Notes under the pieces: model-generated
Told to the model about the DNA's origin: nothing
The model's input: the letters and a program-made list of their open reading frames with translations, nothing else
Database searches by the model: none
Position numbers and translations under genes: made by a program
Shown: piece by piece, positions 57,759-64,000 of the stretch
How positions within the stretch are numbered: the stretch's first letter is position 1
Layout of the letters: each line of letters begins with the position of its first letter
Sequence record: NC_009760.1
Reading direction: 5' to 3' (one strand)
Length of the DNA stretch: 64,000 bases

Positions 57759-57787
57759 TAGTATTACCATTTGAAATACTCTTATGC
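57759..57787 (-). promoter_or_regulatory. SigmaF/G-type promoter, copy e
   Basis: GCATA-N14-GGTAATACTA containing AGTATTTC-AAATG-GTAATA. Confidence 0.6.
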
Positions 57788-58210
57788 ATGTTGTGGTAAA
57801 TAATTCTCATGCTCCGCCATGACCTGCTGACGGTACTTGCTATGTGGCTTAAACCAAACATCATAGACCATCTTTCTAAGTCTCCGGTCACCGAATAACC
57901 GTGCTGGTGGTACTGGTCGTTTCTCGTCGATATACATTGTTACTAATGTTCTGTCACGATTATCCACGACAATGTTCCATTCGTGATAATATCGTACTTC
58001 GGTGTGTTCTGTATCGCCGGGTCTACCGTAGATTGAGAACAACAGCATGTAGTTCGCTCGTTTTGTTAACTCTGCGCTACCTACCTTCTGAAATCTTTTA
58101 CGTGCTTGTTTCTTTTTCGTAGCCTCTGCCATACGTTGACGGAAGCGGTCTTCAAAGTGTTCACTTGCTTCGTAATACGTTGTTTGATAGTAGTACCGTC
58201 TTTTTACCAT
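57782..58210 (-). CDS. Basic hypothetical protein, possible RelE/BECR-fold RNase
   Basis: SEHFEDRFRQR at the N-terminus and WNIVVDNRDRTLVTMY at the C-terminus; start refined to MVKRRY. Confidence 0.4.
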   Translation of the reverse strand: MVKRRYYYQTTYYEASEHFEDRFRQRMAEATKKKQARKRFQKVGSAELTKRANYMLLFSIYGRPGDTEHTEVRYYHEWNIVVDNRDRTLVTMYIDEKRPVPPARLFGDRRLRKMVYDVWFKPHSKYRQQVMAEHENYLPQHA

Positions 58211-58238
58211 ATCTCTCACCTCCTCTATAGTATAAAGC

Positions 58239-58267
58239 AAAAGACACGGCATAAGTCACCGTGTCTT
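58239..58267 (-). terminator. Terminator closing the non-coding locus
   Basis: AAGACACGG..CCGTGTCTTTT. Confidence 0.7.
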
Positions 58268-58556
58268 GCTGTAAGCGAGGAATAAGTTATCGAACCATCC
58301 TCATTATAACATCGTGAAATACTGTATAACAGGTACAATATTTTACAATATCATACGTTTTTATCCATCAACCGAATAACCGTATCCTCCGTTCTGTTCG
58401 CGACCATACTAGGATTCCTCGAATTATTATGTATCAGAAATGGGTACACGATAAACCAACCCTTGTTACCCATTAGGATGAGCCAATCTAAAAAGGGCGA
58501 AAAGCAAATGCTCATTCAATACACGATACGCTCATATACTCAATGAGAATTTGATA

Positions 58557-58673
58557 TAGTGCAACGGGCAGGATTCGAACCTGCGACTTTCTGTATACTC
58601 CGGTGACCTCTGTCATGAGCAGTAGTGACCCATCTCCGTATACAGACTGTTTTACCCCTAAACTACCGGAAGC
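58557..58673 (-). ncRNA. tRNA-like RNA with a 49-nt element in place of the anticodon loop
   Basis: D arm GTTT/AAAC, canonical T arm GCAGG-TTCGAAT-CCTGC, extended stem TCTGTATAC/GTATACAGA, poorly paired acceptor stem, no CCA. Confidence 0.6.
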
Positions 58674-58813
58674 ATGGAGAAGAGATACTATGCAGTGCAT
58701 CCCTTCAACAGTGTGTAAAATTTACATAACGATGAATCGGTTAAAGTCATCGTGACATTTTAGCGAGCCTATCGGTTAAATATGGCTCTTGTGGTGGGCT
58801 TTGCCCATGATAT

Positions 58814-58840
58814 AAAAAGGAGAGGATATTTCACCTCTCC
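58814..58840 (-). terminator. Internal terminator in the non-coding locus
   Basis: GGAGAGG-TGAAATAT-CCTCTCC followed by TTTTT. Confidence 0.65.
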
Positions 58841-59116
58841 GCTCCGAGTCATGTGATCCTATACAAATAACTCATAAGACTAAACTAACAATAATCGTAG
58901 AACCCAATACCAATAATAACCTATAGATAGAGACTAACACTTTGAAACCAATTAATATTTTTAGCTAATTAGACCATTGAAAATTAATGAGATACAAAAA
59001 ACATAGCCAACATATCAAGGCAGGTGTGATTTGCTTTGGAGATAGAAATTTAGGCGGGCATTACGCCCATAGGAGGGAACACACGCAGGACTCCCCAGTT
59101 CTCGTGCATTCGCCTT

Positions 59117-59193
59117 TAGGTCATCATGTAAGGTTTCGAACCCCATTCTCTGACATTGTTAGGTCAGCGCTTTACCTATTAAGCTACGATGAC
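59117..59193 (-). tRNA. Aberrant tRNA/pseudo-tRNA (8-nt anticodon loop CTAACAAT)
   Basis: Acceptor GTCATCG/TGATGAC, D stem GCTT/AAGC, anticodon stem CTGAC/GTCAG, T loop TTCGAAA; 2 extra nt before the acceptor 3' strand; ends CCTA. Confidence 0.6.
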
Positions 59194-59254
59194 ATGAACT
59201 CCGGTTACCCGGAGAACAATATAAATCAGTTTTTGTGTATGTAACGGTAACCTT

Positions 59255-59283
59255 ATTATATAAGGCTTATGTCACAATTGCAA
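59255..59283 (-). promoter_or_regulatory. SigmaA promoter driving the non-coding locus
   Basis: TTGCAA-N17-TATAAT. Confidence 0.75.
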
Positions 59284-59299
59284 CACCTTTTTGTAACAT

Positions 59300-60046
59300 T
59301 TATTTATTATGATGATACTCATAATATGGTGTACGTGAACCAGCAATAAAGAAGTTCAAATACGGATCAGGTGTAAGTTCTGCATCCTGCGTCGCACGTC
59401 GTACTTTCATACTCGTACCACAATCATGACAGTTTACTTCTTTGACACCTTCAGGTACGAAATGATTTGCTTCTGTTTTACAACGATTGTTTGGACACTT
59501 GTAGCGTACTTTATATCGCTTCGTGCCGTCACTATCTATTTTGAATCCTGTCTTCGATGGATCGTTCTCTTCTACGACAGGTTCTTCCTTCTTATTCATA
59601 GCAGCCTTCATGCGTTCACCGATTGTTGTACCGAAACCATTTGATTCTTCGTGTACCACTTCTAATGAATCATGTTTCTTGTTTTCTGCTATCGGATTAA
59701 ACGGCTCATATGATTCTGCTATTTCTCTAGCGGCTCTTAGTGCTTGTGGTGGTATATGTTGCACGGGTAAATCAACATCAATATCAGGCATCGTTTGTCG
59801 CTTACTCACACGTTGTGATGGTGATACATATTCCACCTGCATACCCTTCTCTACAATCGTAGGGTCTGAATCACCTAATAGCTTACTGAAATCCATGATA
59901 GGTCGTTCTGCTTGTGCAAATTGGAATGCGTGCATCAATGCTTTCTCTACTGCAAATTGTTTTAGTTGATCGCTTGGATTCGGAATCTCAAGTTTAATCT
60001 CCGGCTCCGATTTAATATGTAGCTTCATTTTCTCTACTGTGTCCAT
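59300..60046 (-). CDS. Hypothetical protein with a C-terminal zinc ribbon
   Basis: CPNNRC...CHDCG; start refined to MDTVEK. Confidence 0.6.
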   Translation of the reverse strand: MDTVEKMKLHIKSEPEIKLEIPNPSDQLKQFAVEKALMHAFQFAQAERPIMDFSKLLGDSDPTIVEKGMQVEYVSPSQRVSKRQTMPDIDVDLPVQHIPPQALRAAREIAESYEPFNPIAENKKHDSLEVVHEESNGFGTTIGERMKAAMNKKEEPVVEENDPSKTGFKIDSDGTKRYKVRYKCPNNRCKTEANHFVPEGVKEVNCHDCGTSMKVRRATQDAELTPDPYLNFFIAGSRTPYYEYHHNK

Positions 60047-60078
60047 TACGGTTCCTCCTCGACAACAGAAAAGGCACT

Positions 60079-60786
60079 CTAATTGAGTACCTTTAACTGC
60101 ACGTTTCGTACACCCCAAGATTCAGATGCTTGAAATGACGGCATTAATAAGTCTACACGATTTCCTTTAATAGCGCCACCGGTATCTAGTGCCATCGCCT
60201 CACCGTATCCTTCCACCCATACTTTACTACCGAGCGGAATGACACTAGGGTCAACGGCAATCACTTTTGCTCCGGGATTCGCTGATAGGTCATACCCTGT
60301 CTTCGTTAATACTCGTCCTCCATATGTACCACCATTTTCACTCGGATGCGCTGTATAAGCCGTAGCCTTTACAGTGAGTGTTCGCCCGCCGTCTGATGGT
60401 GGTATATCACCGGCAGGTTCAGCCTTTTTTGCTTGTAAGTTCTTGACTTCCTTACGAGCGTTGTCTAAGTCAGCTTGTGCTTTAGACAATTCATTTTGGA
60501 GACTGTCAATACGTTCTTTTGACTGTTGCAGTTCTGTTTCTTTATTGTTCAGGCTATTGTCGAGAATGGTTTTCTCTTCTGTCGCCTTTGCAACTTCGTT
60601 CTCCAATCCTGCAATGGTATTATTCTGCGTAGAGACTTTCTTCTCCATAACAGAAATGACTTTCTCCTTTTCGAGAAGCGCCTTGTCGTACTTCTTAAAT
60701 TCGCCTTCTACTTGAAATGCGGAATAGATTACAAAACCTATTGTAAGTATTACTGCGAATAATGTTGCGACTTGGTTCCTATTCAT
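60079..60786 (-). CDS. Membrane-anchored coiled-coil protein with a 3D (MltA-like) domain
   Basis: N-terminal TM helix, heptads, ATAYT, IAVDPSVIPLGS, DTGGAIKGNRVDL. Confidence 0.88.
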   Translation of the reverse strand: MNRNQVATLFAVILTIGFVIYSAFQVEGEFKKYDKALLEKEKVISVMEKKVSTQNNTIAGLENEVAKATEEKTILDNSLNNKETELQQSKERIDSLQNELSKAQADLDNARKEVKNLQAKKAEPAGDIPPSDGGRTLTVKATAYTAHPSENGGTYGGRVLTKTGYDLSANPGAKVIAVDPSVIPLGSKVWVEGYGEAMALDTGGAIKGNRVDLLMPSFQASESWGVRNVQLKVLN

Positions 60787-60814
60787 TCGAACAGTCCTTT
60801 CTGAAAATAACAAT

Positions 60815-60836
60815 AGCCCCCAGTTATGCCGGGGGC
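60815..60836 (-). terminator. GC-rich hairpin downstream of the VWA gene
   Basis: GCCCCCGG-CATAA-CTGGGGGC on the minus strand. Confidence 0.5.
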
Positions 60837-60862
60837 AAGGTTACATTCTAGTATAACATACA

Positions 60863-62524
60863 TTAAGGCTGTGCGTTTGGATCCGGTTGAGCATCGAATT
60901 TAGAATCATCTTCTACTAAGTTAAAGATTTGCTTCGCATTCACTGGGTCTAAGTCAGCAATAGAGGATAGTGTAATGATTTGGTCACTAAACTTCTCTAC
61001 TGTTGCACGAGATGCGCCACCGTCTAAGTTGATTAAGACAGTTAACACATTGAACTGCAATTGCTCTTTTTTCTTCTTAAATTCTTTCAACCACTCATCT
61101 GTGATACCGCAATCGCCATCGGTGATAAATACAATGTCACCTTTCTTATAGCGGTCACTTTCTAGACAACGAATAGATTCATCTAATACCGGCATGAATG
61201 TTGTACCACCGCTACTATCTAACTCTGCAATGTCCATGATGTCGTCAGGATCCAACTCACCGGCTGGTATGTTTTTAACATGACTTGCTACAATCTGATG
61301 CTGATACGGAATGTATCCGAAGTTACGCTTCTCTTTCTGCGCGACTTCTAACATCGCTAATGTAAGTGCAGTTGACCAGTCATCCTTGTTTCCTCTCATC
61401 GAACCCGATTTATCATGGTCTATGATAATGGGGCCACGACCAACTTTCTTTATACCATCTTTCTTGTATAACTGTAGTTGTTTCTCGGAGAACTCTTTCA
61501 TGAATTGGTTACGTGTTGCTGGACTTGCTAACTTCATTAGTGACGTTGGCGTAACACGAGATAAATCATTTCCTGTTTCGATTGTACGAACAGAGTGACC
61601 ATCTGGTGTACGCTGCGTCTTCTTCTGCAAGGCAATAGCTTTCATGCGACCAACTAGGTCTGTTAAATTATTAAGGCGTGGACTGCGACGAATACGTTCA
61701 ATTGCCTTCTTACGTCGGTCAATCGAGATACGCATCGTACTAGACGTACCATCCAAGCCCCATGATTCCATTGTGTCACGGACTTCACGAACTTCTTCAA
61801 ACGCCTTCTTCGACGCTTGTTCCATTGCTTGTTCCATGCCTTGCTTCATTTCTTCCTGACCTGATTTGTTTAGGTCAATTTCATCTTCTAGATCTTGTAT
61901 TTGCTGTTGCAAGCGTGCTAGTTCCTCGGCTTCTCTTTGTGTTAAACCTTTACCGCCGGGGCCACCCTTTTCATTTAATTCATCGACACGGTTCTGTGCA
62001 TCTCGTGCCTTGTTTAATTGGTCAATCAACTCACCAGCGTCACCGCCGTCTTGCTTTTCACCAGTTTGTTGCTGTTGTATATACTGCTGTTTGAAATACT
62101 GGATTTTCTCCATTGCCTGATTCTGCATAACTTCTGTACCAATGGCACTGTTCATCACATCAAACTTTGTATTCTTACGAAGCTGGTCATACTGCTCTGA
62201 CTCCATCAGTCCTTCCATCATTTGATGGTTTAACCGAGAGAAGGCATCCATGTCCTCTTCGTCGTGCATACGTGCTTTGTAGCTGAACAAACTTTGGTAA
62301 ATATCTTCTGACAGGTTACCGAAAGGAGCATACTCGTCTAAACCACTTTGCATGTTCTCTTGCATAACCTCGTACTGATCTACCGTGTCATGAAATAACT
62401 CACGGTCAAATTCCGTCATCTTGATACTATTCTTATGCTTCTGTAACGGGTCAATGTCCTTTTTCAATCCTAACGTTTCTTGTACTAAGTTACCCTCATT
62501 ACGTTTTCTACGTCCCCAGCTCAT
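60863..62524 (-). CDS. VWA-domain protein (ViaA/CoxE-like)
   Basis: MIDAS-like DHDKSGSM, SSGGTTF, DIVFITDG; ETGNDLSRVTP. Confidence 0.85.
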   Translation of the reverse strand: MSWGRRKRNEGNLVQETLGLKKDIDPLQKHKNSIKMTEFDRELFHDTVDQYEVMQENMQSGLDEYAPFGNLSEDIYQSLFSYKARMHDEEDMDAFSRLNHQMMEGLMESEQYDQLRKNTKFDVMNSAIGTEVMQNQAMEKIQYFKQQYIQQQQTGEKQDGGDAGELIDQLNKARDAQNRVDELNEKGGPGGKGLTQREAEELARLQQQIQDLEDEIDLNKSGQEEMKQGMEQAMEQASKKAFEEVREVRDTMESWGLDGTSSTMRISIDRRKKAIERIRRSPRLNNLTDLVGRMKAIALQKKTQRTPDGHSVRTIETGNDLSRVTPTSLMKLASPATRNQFMKEFSEKQLQLYKKDGIKKVGRGPIIIDHDKSGSMRGNKDDWSTALTLAMLEVAQKEKRNFGYIPYQHQIVASHVKNIPAGELDPDDIMDIAELDSSGGTTFMPVLDESIRCLESDRYKKGDIVFITDGDCGITDEWLKEFKKKKEQLQFNVLTVLINLDGGASRATVEKFSDQIITLSSIADLDPVNAKQIFNLVEDDSKFDAQPDPNAQP

Positions 62525-62778
62525 TTCGCTACCTCTTTCAAGTTCGTTTCTTTTTCAATTGATATTTTAATGAGTTCTTTGTCTTTGTTACGATACTGAA
62601 TGTATCCTTCATCTGTATCTGTTAATGATGTAGCTTCGACATCAGTCTCCGTTTTCAGAGCAGCTACGATGATGTTTAAGACATGTTCTGCATTAAACCC
62701 ACTGATATGTGTAAAGAAGAACTTCTTGTACTTTGTGACTGTTGAAATTCGATAAGGATGCAATTGGTTTTCGTCCAT
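62521..62778 (-). CDS. Small hypothetical protein
   Basis: GGGAGG RBS; lies between the AAA and VWA genes. Confidence 0.55.
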   Translation of the reverse strand: MDENQLHPYRISTVTKYKKFFFTHISGFNAEHVLNIIVAALKTETDVEATSLTDTDEGYIQYRNKDKELIKISIEKETNLKEVAK

Positions 62779-62869
62779 TGTATAGCCTCCCTAGTTAGAA
62801 TCAGGAGAAGGCGCTAAGTTCCATAAGTCTCTTAGTTGCTTCTCCATAAATTCACTTACATTTAATTTC

Positions 62870-64000
62870 TTATCCCCACTGCCGAGAAGACTTGCGGTTC
62901 GTTTGACGTAAGCATGTAGTAGAGATTTCATTTACGATTTCTTCTACTTTTACTAAGTACGCATCTAACTTATCAAGTTCTGCGTCAGATGCGCCGTTAC
63001 GTTCTGCTTCTTTGATTTCATCAGACATCTTATCTAACATTTCGGATAGAGAAGAATTTGTTTGAACAGCAGTTCCGGCACGCTCTGTGCGGTTCTCAAT
63101 TTCCATTGTAGACTTCTTCAATTCTTCCGCTTTCTTCACGAACTCTTTCATCTTCGATTCATGCGGATTCATATACTTGCCTAACTCTTTATCAAGAATT
63201 TCTAGCTCCTTGCGGTCTTTGTTCCAAAGTACGTTACGTAGTGCCATGAAGTCACTACCATTTACTGTGTCACGACCTTCTAATAGAGCATTAGCCATCA
63301 TGATAAGCTGTGCTTTGTAATAACGTCGGTCAGAGATAACCATGTTATTAGTGCCTAATGTACGTACTAAACGCTCGAAGTCTTTCGCAATACGAGCAGG
63401 GAAATCAACCATATGTACCGCTTGTTGCAGTAAGTCGATTTCATCTAACGTGATTGTTGTTTTCGGTAAGATACCTTTCTTCTTCGATGCACGACCTGCT
63501 GTAACCATTTTGATACGGTTCTGTGGGTCTTGGATATATTCAATCCAGTGACGGAACATGAATCGGTCATAGAACGCCTCTAATCCTTCGTCCTCCGGAT
63601 ATTCATTTGACGCACCCATAACGATACGTAATTCAACTGGTACAGCTTTCCCATCGTTATAGAAGATACCTTCATTCAGCATAGATAACAGATAGTTCAG
63701 TGACGGTTCATTCGATTTGAAAATCTCATCAAGGAAACCGACATGTGCTTCTGGCAACTTGCCTGTTGTGATACGTAAGAACTTATCGTTCTCCATACCT
63801 TTTACGGAATACGGGCCAACTAAATCCGCTGGGTCAGTTGTACGGTTCATTAACCATTTGAATGTGCGAGCCTTTTCAACGTGACTTGAGAATAAATCAG
63901 CAAGCATCGACTTACCTGTTCCCGGAGGCCCTAAGAATAGAATGTTTTCTCCTGCAATTAATGCACGAAGAATATCTTTAATTACATGCTCACGTTCGAA
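62870..64000 (-). CDS. MoxR/RavA-family AAA+ ATPase (5' end outside window)
   Basis: Frame is open to 64000: FEREHVIKDILRALIAGENILFLGPPGTGKS, then FLDEIFKS, GASNE, FYDRF, SDRR. Confidence 0.9.
   Translation of the reverse strand, partial: FEREHVIKDILRALIAGENILFLGPPGTGKSMLADLFSSHVEKARTFKWLMNRTTDPADLVGPYSVKGMENDKFLRITTGKLPEAHVGFLDEIFKSNEPSLNYLLSMLNEGIFYNDGKAVPVELRIVMGASNEYPEDEGLEAFYDRFMFRHWIEYIQDPQNRIKMVTAGRASKKKGILPKTTITLDEIDLLQQAVHMVDFPARIAKDFERLVRTLGTNNMVISDRRYYKAQLIMMANALLEGRDTVNGSDFMALRNVLWNKDRKELEILDKELGKYMNPHESKMKEFVKKAEELKKSTMEIENRTERAGTAVQTNSSLSEMLDKMSDEIKEAERNGASDAELDKLDAYLVKVEEIVNEISTTCLRQTNRKSSRQWG

Noticed and set aside
58557-58673. tmRNA or a group I intron-containing tRNA
   Set aside because: The insert is only 49 nt, with no tag ORF and no P7 motifs; a D stem is present.
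58860-59010. U/G-rich minus-strand stretch reading like a membrane peptide (LKILIGFKVLVSIYRLLLVLGSTIIVSLVL)
   Set aside because: Preceded by an in-frame stop and no RBS; at best a decayed gene.
58512-59244. ORFs 58512..58700 (-) and 58987..59244 (+)
   Set aside because: They overlap the tRNA-like structures and lack an RBS and protein-like composition.
60841-60870. Possible sixth copy of the sigmaF/G promoter family (TATACTAG..TGTAA)
   Set aside because: No GHATA at 17-18 nt spacing and the operator palindrome is missing.
527-63551. Numerous + strand ORFs of 60-180 aa in the track
   Set aside because: Antisense shadows of well-supported minus-strand genes, without RBSs or motifs; only padR is accepted on +.

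Overview
This is the replication, recombination and nucleotide-metabolism arm of a large Bacillus-type phage genome. Coding is dense and almost entirely on the minus strand; only the PadR gene is on +. No integrase, CRISPR array or rRNA was seen. It encodes a ParM/ParR-like partition cassette, class I RNR plus flavodoxin, dCMP deaminase, a highly divergent ThyX-fold protein, dNMP kinase, DnaG, a rearranged SbcCD, a Rad52-like annealase, PcrA, RecA, SSB, HU, DnaE, beta clamp, GroES, a GH25 lysin, a 3D-domain protein and a MoxR-AAA/VWA pair. recA and dnaE are each interrupted by a group I intron carrying a homing endonuclease. The recA-intron ORF (266 aa, E170/D196/H213/D222 counted from the sequence) looks like the EDxHD enzyme I-Bth0305I. 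From recollection only (needs BLAST), the window may therefore come from B. thuringiensis phage 0305phi8-36 or a close relative. The most notable items not explained by the ORF track are: (1) five intergenic sigmaF/sigmaG(forespore)-type promoters sharing an overlapping palindromic operator; (2) five covarying hairpins with a near-invariant CGT-GCGA-RCG core; (3) a dnaE intron with ambiguous or duplicated splice-site architecture; (4) a promoter- and terminator-bounded ~1 kb non-coding locus with two aberrant tRNA-like RNAs; (5) ThyX- and UDG-fold proteins that have lost canonical catalytic motifs. All family assignments are by eye; no searches were run.
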